DNA of 64,000 nucleotides from a virus (Duplodnaviria; Heunggongvirae; Uroviricota; Caudoviricetes): IMG/VR virus record IMGVR_UViG_3300046460_000418; one strand, 5' to 3'. Shown piece by piece: positions 38,037 to 47,786 of this stretch (position 1 is its first letter; each line of letters starts with the position of its first letter). The notes under the pieces were generated by a model. It saw only the letters and a program-made list of their open reading frames with translations, ran no database searches and was not told where the DNA came from. The position numbers and the translations under genes were made by a program.

Positions 38037-38368
38037 TCCGAACCCCTTCGTTTGCGGAACAGTATCAGGAGCCCGTGCAAATGCGAAGAAGCAGCGACAG
38101 CCGTCTTATTGGGGCGCTATTTAGCAGTTTTGACAGCGCGGCAATCCACTAGCCGATAAGCAGCGTTATCGGCCCTTGGTCAATGTAACTCGCTCCGATC
38201 AGACGGCCTGGATGATCCGAAGCCTCAGATACCGACGATCAGACTTTGACCAAGGCGAGGACGTCCACATGTCGCGATAATCACGCAGGCCGCACGGCGG
38301 TGTACGTTGAAAAGCTCGGTATTGACCTTTATGTCTGACGACAAACAGAGATCGAATGGAAATTTCAT

Positions 38369-39001
38369 ATGTCCAGCACTGCCTATCTCACCTTCATCGA
38401 GCCAATCGCTATCGACGACTGGATGGCGTTTTGTTTCGCCAATGAAATAGCGTTCCGACCCAACGTCATCGGGCAGTCGACGTTCTATTCGACTTCAACT
38501 CAGATCAGCGCGTCCCCAGTTGGGAGCGTTCAAACGGATGCCCATGGCCGTCCTGATTGGTCCACGGCACGACCACCCGCGCTGATCACCAAGATGGACG
38601 TCGGAACATTCTTCATGGGTGACCTGACTTCCGTCGGTGATGTCCTTCAAAGGATTGCCGATGCCTTCCCATGCACGGCGTCAAGTGCTCCGGAACTGGC
38701 TCACTTGCTTGTCCGCGTTCCTCAGACACACGACATCGATGAACTGGACGATTTTCTCTCGACAGATTTCGTCGCGGGATGGGTCTTCGCTGACGGCATC
38801 TACAGCGCGACAGTCGAAGCTGGGCTGGCGCGTATCAGTCAGGACGACAAGCTCTGGAAAGTCGAGGTTTCCGGTGTGGATCGTGGTCGGTTTATCGACC
38901 TGAACCATGCGTTTGCTTTTGCCGGACGGGCAGATTGGAATTGGTGGGGTGGTCCGCGACCAAGCGATGAAGGTGAGCGCCTTTCACTCCCTTCCATCTA
39001 G
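38369..39001 (+). CDS. Hypothetical protein (210 aa)
   Basis: Clean ORF. No family recognised. Confidence 0.45.
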   Translation: MSSTAYLTFIEPIAIDDWMAFCFANEIAFRPNVIGQSTFYSTSTQISASPVGSVQTDAHGRPDWSTARPPALITKMDVGTFFMGDLTSVGDVLQRIADAFPCTASSAPELAHLLVRVPQTHDIDELDDFLSTDFVAGWVFADGIYSATVEAGLARISQDDKLWKVEVSGVDRGRFIDLNHAFAFAGRADWNWWGGPRPSDEGERLSLPSI

Positions 39002-39074
39002 GCGACCTGGGGTAGTTAGAAATCGGCGCAAAAATCTTCAATGGGATGGGTTTGCGTCAATTTCTAACTCGGCC

Positions 39075-39359
39075 TCAAACATTCATGCCCATCGACTGCA
39101 GCATCTCTTGTTCGGGAGACCCGATCTCCTGGTATTGCCTGCAGATCGCACCCAGACGGGCCACCGCATGCCTGAAATAACCGCCGACATGGATAGAGAT
39201 GTCTGCATCCCCTCGCACTAGAGCAGCCGCTAATCGATGCCAGCCGTCCTGCATTTCGAGGATGGCCTGCTCCGGATCGATGAACTCGACCTCAATCGGT
39301 GACGTACTGGGGTTCTGAACGAGGTATGCGATGCGGGCCTCGTGACGCGCTGTGGTCAT
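39075..39359 (-). CDS. Small hypothetical protein (94 aa), translationally coupled to the 39356-39619 ORF
   Basis: ATGA start/stop overlap at 39356-39359. Confidence 0.4.
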   Translation of the reverse strand: MTTARHEARIAYLVQNPSTSPIEVEFIDPEQAILEMQDGWHRLAAALVRGDADISIHVGGYFRHAVARLGAICRQYQEIGSPEQEMLQSMGMNV

Positions 39360-39619
39360 TCAGAGGTGCCAGAGTAGCTGAAGCCCGGATAGGCTGTCGG
39401 TTCAAGCGTCTGGGCGTCTATGTGACCACGAACGCCTTCTAGGGTGACGCCCTGTCCATCAAACCATGGAGCCGCATCGAATGGGCTGGTGAAGGCAAGG
39501 CGTTCGATGGGAACGATGCCGATAATATTGTCATCTACGATGTTCATCTCAAGAAGATGGGTGTCACCACCCCACAGGTCGGCGTCTTCCTGGGGGATGA
39601 TGTCACGGTCGTCTGACAT
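39356..39619 (-). CDS. Small acidic hypothetical protein (87 aa)
   Basis: AAGG RBS 7 nt before the ATG at 39619. Confidence 0.4.
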   Translation of the reverse strand: MSDDRDIIPQEDADLWGGDTHLLEMNIVDDNIIGIVPIERLAFTSPFDAAPWFDGQGVTLEGVRGHIDAQTLEPTAYPGFSYSGTSE

Positions 39620-39627
39620 GGTGTGCC

Positions 39628-40263
39628 TTAAATTTTCATTCCAGATGAAGGACGCAACTCTTCGGCAAGCTCGTCGAAGCGGCTGCGGGCGACCTCAGGC
39701 AACCAATCGAGCAACTCCGTGCCGTGAGGCTCATACTGACCGACGAAGTCGAAGCCGCCCATGCGCTGATGGGTTTCTTTCAGCCCTGCGATAATCTGCT
39801 CATCTGAAGCAACCTGACGCGCTGCCGCAACATGGCTCTTGAGGAAAGCTTCCAGCTTGGCGGACGCGGTCGGTGCGGACTCGATGCCCCGTGCAAAGGT
39901 GTTCAAGGCATATTGCAATTCGTAACCAGGGTCGAATTCGTTCGAGATAGGGATGGAGCGAACGAGCGAGCTTCCGCCTGGAATGTTCGTGACCTCGTGC
40001 TGTTCAAATTTGTACTTGTTGCTTTCGGACATATCCATGGCGTAGCGAATACGGTGGAAAAAGCTGCCTGCGAGTTCCGGTGTATCGAGGCCATCGAATT
40101 CGCCATTTTTCCGCCAGGCGACCAATTGGTCGCGCGAACCCGCCAGCTTGACGCCTACATTGACCATGGCGTCTTCAAAAGTTGGGACGATGGAGCCTGC
40201 TTGCCCATTGGTGATGATCTGGAAAACGGTTGAGCCAACTTTGGCGGGTTCGGATGTCGACAT
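39628..40263 (-). CDS. Hypothetical protein Q1 (~212 aa) ending ...ELRPSSGMKI (same tail as P4)
   Basis: GAGGACC RBS before the ATG at 40263 (MSTSEPAKVG...). Its last 15 nt 'ggaatgaaaatttaa' are identical to the end of P4 (17299-17313). Confidence 0.65.
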   Translation of the reverse strand: MSTSEPAKVGSTVFQIITNGQAGSIVPTFEDAMVNVGVKLAGSRDQLVAWRKNGEFDGLDTPELAGSFFHRIRYAMDMSESNKYKFEQHEVTNIPGGSSLVRSIPISNEFDPGYELQYALNTFARGIESAPTASAKLEAFLKSHVAAARQVASDEQIIAGLKETHQRMGGFDFVGQYEPHGTELLDWLPEVARSRFDELAEELRPSSGMKI

Positions 40264-40340
40264 GAATAAGGTCCTCGATATGGTCGTCCCGACTATGTGA
40301 GGCGACGACGCAAGCGGCAATCCAAACAGTCAGGACTCGA

Positions 40341-41078
40341 TCAGATTTTGAAAGCTGGAGCAGGGAGGTCGTAGCCCCTCTCGTCAGCAACAGCTTGCCA
40401 GGCGTCATGATCTTCGCCTTCAAAATCGACGAAGCTGCCGACGAGTTCCTTGAGATCAGCAATCTGCTCGAATTGAATGGTGTTGAGCGTCCAGCCCGGC
40501 ATTTTGAGACCATAGGTCACAATGTTCGGGCGATCTTCAACCAACCAGCCTCGGGTTTTACCCTCCCACGCCAGTTCCTGCATCTTGTTGATGAGAGCGA
40601 CGTCGTTTGCCAGCGGCTCGAACTCCTTCGTAACCATATCAGCGAGCAATTCGGGAAAGTATCTGGCTTCGGTGATGTAGGGGCGGAGAAGTTCCCTCGA
40701 ACTTACATCTCGCACACCGCCATAGTCCGCTCCGCGAAGCTTCTGGCTTATGAACCCCCGAATTTTGTTCTCGGCTGGTGTCAATTTGATCCGCACTTGG
40801 TGGGGCTCAAAGCCAAGATGATTGGCCTCAATCTCGTTCGCCCTTGGTGTCAGTCCCCATTGTGTGATCGTCATGGAGCGCTCATCGATCAGAACATATC
40901 CGCCTTCTAGTGGAAGAGGTTGTTCCCCAACTGTGACGTAAGCCATCTTATCGAGGGCATGAACGTCGCCTTCCAAAAATGCGGGAGTCAGGGCCGCACG
41001 ACGGAAATGGTCGTTGTAAGTGTGATAAGTCTTGAAGGTTCCATCCTTAAGCGCAACGCTGACTGCCAATTCGTCCAT
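40341..41078 (-). CDS. Hypothetical protein Q2 (245 aa) ending ...LPAPAFKI (same tail as P5)
   Basis: GAGGGATAGGG RBS + ATG. Clean ORF. Tail '...gcT TTC AAA ATC TGA' compares with P5 '...gcC TTC AAA ATT TAG'. Confidence 0.7.
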   Translation of the reverse strand: MDELAVSVALKDGTFKTYHTYNDHFRRAALTPAFLEGDVHALDKMAYVTVGEQPLPLEGGYVLIDERSMTITQWGLTPRANEIEANHLGFEPHQVRIKLTPAENKIRGFISQKLRGADYGGVRDVSSRELLRPYITEARYFPELLADMVTKEFEPLANDVALINKMQELAWEGKTRGWLVEDRPNIVTYGLKMPGWTLNTIQFEQIADLKELVGSFVDFEGEDHDAWQAVADERGYDLPAPAFKI

Positions 41079-41246
41079 TACGAGACCCTATCCCTCAAAT
41101 CTGTCGAACAATGATCGAGGACAAAGAAATCGACAAGTGTAAACTATCCCGTATGTGGGATGCGCGATAGTTACGATTGTCTTCGGAGAATGCGCGAATT
41201 TTCGTAAATTTGGGTCGACGAGTTCGGAAAAATCGTGGACTGCGGA

Positions 41247-41579
41247 TCAGATTGACGAAGCCACGGACGCCTCGATGTCGGCTGTTCCAGCTGAGTCGTC
41301 TGGAAGCAAGGCTTGCCAACGAACATAGTGGCCCAAAATCGCAATGCCTTCGTCATAGTCACGCGAGCCGGATATCGTGTCCTCGGCGAACGTCTCTGCA
41401 AACGCGACCACTTCGGGGTCGGTCATCTTGAAGATCGCAGTTTTTTGGTCCTCGTCGAAAGTCAATTCCTCGAAGTAATCGCCCTTCGTCACTACGAGCG
41501 CGTAGGAAGGGTCGTATTTCGTGCCGTCACGGGCAACGCTTTGGGTAATGCGAAAATCGATGTCGATGATACCTGACAT
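41247..41579 (-). CDS. Hypothetical protein (110 aa)
   Basis: Clean ORF. Confidence 0.4.
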   Translation of the reverse strand: MSGIIDIDFRITQSVARDGTKYDPSYALVVTKGDYFEELTFDEDQKTAIFKMTDPEVVAFAETFAEDTISGSRDYDEGIAILGHYVRWQALLPDDSAGTADIEASVASSI

Positions 41580-41599
41580 AGATGCCTCCTTGGTTAGGA

Positions 41600-41839
41600 T
41601 CAGAGTTTCAACAAGAAATCACTGCAGCCAGCCTTCAACCACAGAGCACCGACGACAGTGGGGTGAGAGAAATAGGTTACGCCGCAAACTGTACAACTGG
41701 ACCCACCACCGACACGGCGATATTTTCCAGCATCGATCATCGCTTTATGGGATGGGTCGAGCAGTTCTTCACAGTTGCCCAAATCGTCGTGGAGACGACG
41801 CTCATCCAGTGTAATCGGCCTTGTGTAATTGAATGCCAT
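41600..41839 (-). CDS. Small hypothetical protein (~79 aa; C-terminal CTVCG)
   Basis: GGAAG RBS 6 nt before the ATG at 41839 (MAFNYTRPI...). Confidence 0.35.
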   Translation of the reverse strand: MAFNYTRPITLDERRLHDDLGNCEELLDPSHKAMIDAGKYRRVGGGSSCTVCGVTYFSHPTVVGALWLKAGCSDFLLKL

Positions 41840-42085
41840 CAGATGCTTCCAAAATTGGATAGGCACAAGGTCATGCTGAAAGCGCTTCCCGTCAAGCATT
41901 TAGGCAATTATTTGACCCGCCTGCAGTCTCGCCCAATCATTTCCTTGTGACGGGCAGCCGAGCACCATGCGAATGGCCCATGGTGAATAAAAATAGGGTG
42001 CAGCGAAAGCTGTACGGGTCCGAGCGGCACCAGGTTGGGTCAGGCGGTAAGCGTCAAAGCAATCGCGCCATGTAGCGGGTGGCGA

Positions 42086-42122
42086 AGCGGGGGCAGTCGA
42101 GGGGCTGCCCCCGCTTTATGTT
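42086..42122 (+). terminator. Orphan GC-rich rho-independent terminator (AGCGGGGGCAG-tcgagggg-CTGCCCCCGCT + TTTATGTTT)
   Basis: 11-bp perfect stem followed by a T-rich run on + only. There is no confident protein gene upstream on +; the 41950-42475 region has no convincing CDS. Confidence 0.5.
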
Positions 42123-42475
42123 TGATACCAGGGCGTCAGAATGACTGGAAACACAGCCCATACTGGTATCCACATCATCGGAAAAGGTTTCATCTGCGTC
42201 TGGCCCGCCTGCTGTGGTTCAGACTTGGTTCGAGCTTTTCGAAACGACTGCATATCAAGAATTTTCGCGGTTTCGGCCATCAACAAATCCTGGTTTCGAT
42301 CACCCATGATGAAACAGTTCCGCCGCCGCCAACACGTTTGAAATCGCCTGAGCAAGCGTCGGTATAGAAAAGGTTTCTGAAATTGCACCGGCAATCGGAA
42401 GGAAATCAAAGACGCACGTCATATCGTGACCAGGACCCGTTTTCTGTTGCCGGAAAATGAAAACCGAGAGACGCT

Positions 42476-42925
42476 ATGAGTCCCTCAACCACGGATATTT
42501 GCATGACATCCCTTCCAATAACCTTCGGCCTCCTGCATCTGCCCACGAAGCGGTTTGCACGCTTTGACGACGTCGACCGGACTGTATTTCACCGCCTCAA
42601 AAAGGACCTCTCGGGGACGACATACAGAGACGAAGAGAATGAACTCGGGGATCGCGCGGCATTCTACGAAGCGGAGGAACTCTCGACGATCCTCGAAATC
42701 ATCGGAGCCGAACTGGATAGTTCTGGCTTCGGCGAGATCGATGATGGGTACGGAGAGTTGGTGATTTCGGATGACGTTTCGAAGTTTAGTCCAGTAGCCT
42801 TCATTCGGTCGGCATCGCGGTTCTTTGATGTTGGCGATTACATCGTCGACAAACTCCAGGTAAAACTCGTCGTCAACTATGACGAGGACGGCAACAATTA
42901 CGAGTTGGTCGATATCACGGCCTGA
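42476..42925 (+). CDS. Hypothetical acidic protein (149 aa)
   Basis: Clean ORF. Weak RBS. Confidence 0.4.
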   Translation: MSPSTTDICMTSLPITFGLLHLPTKRFARFDDVDRTVFHRLKKDLSGTTYRDEENELGDRAAFYEAEELSTILEIIGAELDSSGFGEIDDGYGELVISDDVSKFSPVAFIRSASRFFDVGDYIVDKLQVKLVVNYDEDGNNYELVDITA

Positions 42926-43160
42926 ATACACAGCATCCGGGATACTTCGATGTCTTGGATGCTGTTAAAATCCCGCGAAAGGAAACCCTGCCTTGCCGAC
43001 GGGTCTGATCAATGGCCTGGAGCCTATCGAAAAGGAAAAGGCCCAACTGAAGTAGCAAGGAAATGCCAGAAATAGTCCTTGAATTAAAGTTTGATTTCCT
43101 TTAGCTGATCAATCCGTCAAGAGATAGCCCGTCCGGGCAATCGTCACAAGGAACGATTTC

Positions 43161-45248
43161 ATGCTAGCATTTGCTTTCAGCCTCGCAATGTACGCACTGG
43201 TCGCCGCAGTCATCGCCGCGCTGTTCGTATTTTCAGGCATTATTCGTTATATTCCTAACAACCGCGTCGGCATCGGCGAAAAGCTCTGGAGTGTCAAAGG
43301 ACCTGTCAAGAACGGGTTTATGGCTCTCAACGGCGAGGTCGGCTTTCAGCCGGAAGTTCTTCGCGGTGGCTTCCATTTCTTTCTGCCCTTCCAATATCGC
43401 ATCCACAAGATGTCTTTGGTGTCTATTCCACAGGGCAAAATAGGGTACATTTTTGCTCGTGACGGGGCTCCACTTGCGTCGACCCAGACCCTGGCGTCCA
43501 ACGAGAAGGATTACAATTACGAAGACGCTTCCGGTTTTATCCAAAACGGTGGCCAGAAGGGTCCTCAGCGAAAAATCCTCCGCGAAGGCACCTATGCGAT
43601 CAACCTCGCTCAGTTCGTTATTATCACGTCGGAACGTGTTTTCGGCCTGATGCTCGAAAAGAACGACGAGGTCGAGTTCGCGAGAATGGAACGCGATATT
43701 TCCTTGCGCCAGGGGTTCGAGCCCATCGTTCTCAAGAATGCAAATGACGAAATGGGCATTATTACTGTTCATGACGGCCCGTCGCTTCCATCCGACCAGA
43801 TCATCGCTCCGAAAATCGGTGAAGATGCCACCAACGCCGCTACCTTCCACAACAATTTCCAGGACCCGGAAGCGTTTCTGAAGGCTGGTGGTTTTCGCGG
43901 TCGGCAGCTACAGGTTCTGACGGAAGGCACATACTACATCAACCGTCTCTTTGCGACTGTTGAGATGAAGCCAAAGACGGTCATCGAAGTTGGAACCGTC
44001 GGCGTCGTCGTTTCCTATGTCGGCGATATCGGTGCAGACAATTCGGGTGAAGAATATCGCCATGGCGAACTTGTCGAAGTCGGCAAGCGCGGCGTATGGC
44101 AGACCCCGCTGCTCCCCGGCAAATACGCGTTCAACACCTACGCCGGTAAGATCGTCACCGTTCCGACCACAAACTTCATCCTTAAGTGGGACCGGACCAC
44201 AACTGGCACCCATCGGCTGGATGAAAACCTGTCCGAAGTCTCGTTGATCACCCAGGACGCATTCGAACCAACATTGCCGCTCTCGGTTGTCGCGCATATC
44301 GACTATCGTAAGGCACCCCTGGTGGTCCAGCGGTTCGGCGACGTCAAGCGCCTGGTTGAGCAGACGCTCGATCCTATGGTCTCGGCTTATTTCAAGAACG
44401 TCGGCCAAACTCGGACACTTATTCAACTTCTCCAGGAGCGCAGCGAAATCCAGGAAGTTGCGGCGACCGGGATGCAGGAAAAGTTCTCTCACTACAATCT
44501 GGAACTCGAAGAGGTGTTGATCGGCACGCCTAAGGCTGGCGACAACGAAAAGGGCGGAGAGCAGATTGAAAAAATTCTGGCCCAGCTCCGCTCGCGTCAG
44601 ATTGCTGAAGAACAGGTCGGCACCTACTCGAAGCAGGAACTGTCCGCAGCCGCCGAACGCCAGCTGCGTGAAACCGAAGCCCGTGCCAAGCAACAGACCG
44701 CTATTACCGAGTCTGAGCTTTCCATCCGGGTCCAGGAGAATGAGGGCAAGGCAACCCTCGCGAAGGCCACGCAGGAGGCAAACACCATTCGTATGCTTGC
44801 TCAGGCCAAGGCAGACGAGATCAGCCTACTGGCGCTCGGCGAGGCAAAGCGGGTAGAGGTGATGGCTGCCGCCGAGGCAGATCGCGTGACCCGCGTTGGT
44901 ATCGCCGAAGGTATCGCCATCGAAGAACAGGTTCGTGCCTTCGGAGGAGCAAAGTATCAGCTGACGCATCAAGTGATGACGCGCTTCTCTGAAGCCATCG
45001 AGCACGGAAAGATCGACGTTGTTCCGAAGATTTCGATAACCGGGCAGGGCGGCGCAGGCAGTGGCACCGGAACCAACAACATCATGGAGTCGCTCCTGAC
45101 GCTATTCCTCTCCGATAAGCTTGGTATCGACACTGGAACCGTTCGCACTGCGCCATCGACCGAGGTGCAGGCGATCAAGGATGACTTGATCAAGGCCACG
45201 ACGCCCGGCTTGAAAAAGTCAGCAAAGGCAGATCAAGTCAAGGCTTAA
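43161..45248 (+). CDS. Flotillin-like SPFH/band-7 membrane protein (695 aa; YqiK/FloT-like)
   Basis: AAGGAA RBS. N-terminal TM 'FAFSLAMYALVAAVIAALFVF'. Beta-rich SPFH-like region, then long Ala/Glu-rich coiled coil ('EARAKQQTAITESELSIRVQENEGKATLAKATQEANTIRMLAQAKADEISLLALGEAKRVEVMAAAEADRV') typical of flotillins. Confidence 0.7.
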   Translation: MLAFAFSLAMYALVAAVIAALFVFSGIIRYIPNNRVGIGEKLWSVKGPVKNGFMALNGEVGFQPEVLRGGFHFFLPFQYRIHKMSLVSIPQGKIGYIFARDGAPLASTQTLASNEKDYNYEDASGFIQNGGQKGPQRKILREGTYAINLAQFVIITSERVFGLMLEKNDEVEFARMERDISLRQGFEPIVLKNANDEMGIITVHDGPSLPSDQIIAPKIGEDATNAATFHNNFQDPEAFLKAGGFRGRQLQVLTEGTYYINRLFATVEMKPKTVIEVGTVGVVVSYVGDIGADNSGEEYRHGELVEVGKRGVWQTPLLPGKYAFNTYAGKIVTVPTTNFILKWDRTTTGTHRLDENLSEVSLITQDAFEPTLPLSVVAHIDYRKAPLVVQRFGDVKRLVEQTLDPMVSAYFKNVGQTRTLIQLLQERSEIQEVAATGMQEKFSHYNLELEEVLIGTPKAGDNEKGGEQIEKILAQLRSRQIAEEQVGTYSKQELSAAAERQLRETEARAKQQTAITESELSIRVQENEGKATLAKATQEANTIRMLAQAKADEISLLALGEAKRVEVMAAAEADRVTRVGIAEGIAIEEQVRAFGGAKYQLTHQVMTRFSEAIEHGKIDVVPKISITGQGGAGSGTGTNNIMESLLTLFLSDKLGIDTGTVRTAPSTEVQAIKDDLIKATTPGLKKSAKADQVKA

Positions 45249-45287
45249 TCTTCGAGGGAATTCCTCTGATTTTTGGGCTTATAGTTC

Positions 45288-45322
45288 AACCGCTCCAGCA
45301 GAAATGTCGGAGCGGTTTTTTG
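45288..45322 (+). terminator. Rho-independent terminator after the flotillin gene (AACCGCTCC-loop-GGAGCGGTT + TTTTTTGTGTG)
   Basis: 9-bp perfect stem, 12-nt loop, T-tract. It lies 40 nt after the 45248 stop. Confidence 0.8.
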
Positions 45323-45842
45323 TGTGTAAAAGCTGACAGGTCGTCGCGAAAGAGCTTGGAGACCAGTTGATTGGAGTTGCTTGCCTCGCAACAACACCGA
45401 TGTGATACCCGACTCCTGAAGGCTTTAGGTGCTTTACTGCAAGAAGTGAATTCGTTGAGAAAGCGCCCGAGGTTCCGTGTGTTCTCGTCGTGGCTATCTC
45501 TGTCGCCTCGGACCTATTGGAGGTGCTTTACCTGATAAGTCGGGTCTCGCACGAATTTCGACCAACAAGAATTGTGGTTGCCTCCTTCCTTTCCAATCGC
45601 GATGTCCTGGCCGCAATTGTCGAACCCGACGAGGATAATGATTTCCTTCAGCAGCGCACCCGGGACCTCCCGAAAATCACAACGGTCTTGCTGGATGTGG
45701 TCGCTGACGACCTCCGATTGAACCGAGATCATGTGTTTGAGGCACTCGATGATCGACCGATGAAGATCGCCCCGCTCGTCACGCGCTGGCAACCGCCGAT
45801 AAGTAGCTTTATCGGCATTCTTGGCCTGAAGCGCAACAAGCG

Positions 45843-46457
45843 CTAATCCACGATGACGACCGCCTTGTACCACGCTTCCAAATTTTCAGACCAGCGAAGG
45901 AAATCATCGAAGTGATCATAGTCAGGCCTGGATGCCAACGCCTGTCTGAGCTGTTCGATACCTCCAGATCGAATGACACCGCGTACCGCAAGGTAGTAAC
46001 GCAAATCGTTGTCGTTTGACCAAGTAGAAATCGAAGGCGCTTGAACGAGGTAACGGACAATGAACTCATCGAAATCGGACGACTGAAAAATCGAGCTGGA
46101 AAAGTAGGTATTCCACGTCTCCAGCGCAAAGTGGACGGCCTTCGTTTCACCGGAACTGATATCTAACTTGAGCCTATCGGCGACGTCATATCCACACGCA
46201 ACCATGAGGTTGAGGGCAATCTGATCCATACTCATATCTCTGACGTTGTAGTCGCGTTCAAGTCCTGCACACGCCGTCGCTTTGTCGCTAGAGATCATGT
46301 TCGACCGTGTAATGAGACGATCTCGGAGCGAGGGTTTGCCGCCCGCAGGCACATCATTGCCGTTTATTCCTACCGAATTCGTCTGTGTCGGCTGTCCAGC
46401 GACCCCAACATAGGGGAGCAAGGCTGCCACTGCTAAAAGGCCGAGTTTCTTTATCAT
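45843..46457 (-). CDS. Secreted hypothetical protein (~204 aa; signal peptide MIKKLGLLAVAALLPYVGVAG)
   Basis: ORF with a Sec-type signal peptide when started at 46457. Confidence 0.5.
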   Translation of the reverse strand: MIKKLGLLAVAALLPYVGVAGQPTQTNSVGINGNDVPAGGKPSLRDRLITRSNMISSDKATACAGLERDYNVRDMSMDQIALNLMVACGYDVADRLKLDISSGETKAVHFALETWNTYFSSSIFQSSDFDEFIVRYLVQAPSISTWSNDNDLRYYLAVRGVIRSGGIEQLRQALASRPDYDHFDDFLRWSENLEAWYKAVVIVD

Positions 46458-46628
46458 TTTACGCTGCCCAATCCCAATTGGAGAGTCCTTCGAAATGAAT
46501 GGACAGGTCGAGGACATCATCGTCACGACTTTAGAATAGGCGATGGTAGTCGAACCTGCTTCATATAATTACCACTTGGCCCTTCAGTAGTGAGCGCTAT
46601 GGAACCCTTCCGATAGCCACATAACGGC

Positions 46629-47276
46629 TCAGCCCATTATGTGGCGATAGTGCACACGACGGAAAACCCGATTGTCAATCATCGTTTCGCCGCTTCGAGC
46701 ACCAACAATTACGAACTTAGTGGGCGGAACATCATCGAGATAGACGCAAAGCCGGGAAATGTTCCGACCACTAAAATCTTCCAGTCGCGTGATATCGTCG
46801 ATGAAAAGGACCTCACCAGGGGAACCGGCTGTCGAGAACCAATCGGCCATATTTCCGATTGAATCGATAATAGGTAAATCTTGCAGGTTGGTGAGCACCG
46901 CCAGCTTAAGACCAAAACGCATCGCAATATTCTCGGCAATCGCGAGTCTGTCTACCGAGGTGCCTCCAAAAATCATCATCTTGTTGCGGGGCAAGAACTG
47001 CCCCTGACGCTTTTCGACAAAGTCCATGAACTCGTTGATAAGTTCATCGAGTTCGGATTTATCTTCCTGTATTGGCTCCGATAACTTGGCTTGCATCGGA
47101 GCCGAGCGAGCGTCAATTGCCTTCATCGTTGGCCAGTTGCGGAACCCGTCCGCAGACGCAAGAACCTCGTATGCTTGACCAAGGGTGACGTTGAAGCCCA
47201 TCCCCTGTAAGCGGCTTTTGATCGACATCGCCCGCGTACGAGAGCGCTCTGTGAATTCGTTGGAATCCTCACGCAT
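46629..47276 (-). CDS. Hypothetical protein (~215 aa)
   Basis: AGAGGAG RBS before the ATG at 47276 (MREDSNEFTER...). Confidence 0.55.
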   Translation of the reverse strand: MREDSNEFTERSRTRAMSIKSRLQGMGFNVTLGQAYEVLASADGFRNWPTMKAIDARSAPMQAKLSEPIQEDKSELDELINEFMDFVEKRQGQFLPRNKMMIFGGTSVDRLAIAENIAMRFGLKLAVLTNLQDLPIIDSIGNMADWFSTAGSPGEVLFIDDITRLEDFSGRNISRLCVYLDDVPPTKFVIVGARSGETMIDNRVFRRVHYRHIMG

Positions 47277-47743
47277 CAACTACTCCTCTGTCGGCAATCT
47301 AAGTTTCCGAAGGTGCCCCACTGCTTCAAACATTGCCTACAAGGAAACGTTGATTTGAATGCGCCGCTTTACCGTTTCCTTACGGACGGGGATGGAAGGC
47401 CCGGCAGCCTATAACAATGAAGCCGGTATTTTTCGAGCGCGTCAATACCACGTTGGTTTTATCGAATTTTCACCAGAACCGGCCCGCGTCCCTGCGGCGA
47501 CAGACGCAAATCGGCTGGCGGCGGGCGCAGCACCCGCCATTTCAGCGAGAACGACGAGACCGTAAATGCAGCGATTGCTCTAATGCAGCCGAAAAAGACC
47601 GGTGGGCCGAAGGTATCGTTGTTTTCTTTCCCATCCGGCCCCCAACTGGCTTTCTTCAAGCGACGATCCTGATCAGTCTTCGTCAAAGATTTGAAAGCCA
47701 GACAGTTCGTGGCATGCAAGGGAACCGCGCCGAGCTTCTCTGC

Positions 47744-47780
47744 AATGGAGGCGATTCAAGTATTTTGAACCGCCTCCATT
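47744..47780. terminator. Hairpin (AATGGAGGCG-17 nt-CGCCTCCATT) immediately 3' of giant gene C; weak or absent U-tract
   Basis: 10-bp perfect inverted repeat, 6 nt beyond the stop at 47787. Confidence 0.35.
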
Positions 47781-47786
47781 AGCAAA

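Noticed and set aside
46629-47276. Possible P-loop NTPase ('MMIFGGTSVDRL')
   Set aside because: No canonical Walker A (GxxxxGK[ST]) or Walker B could be found. Left as hypothetical.
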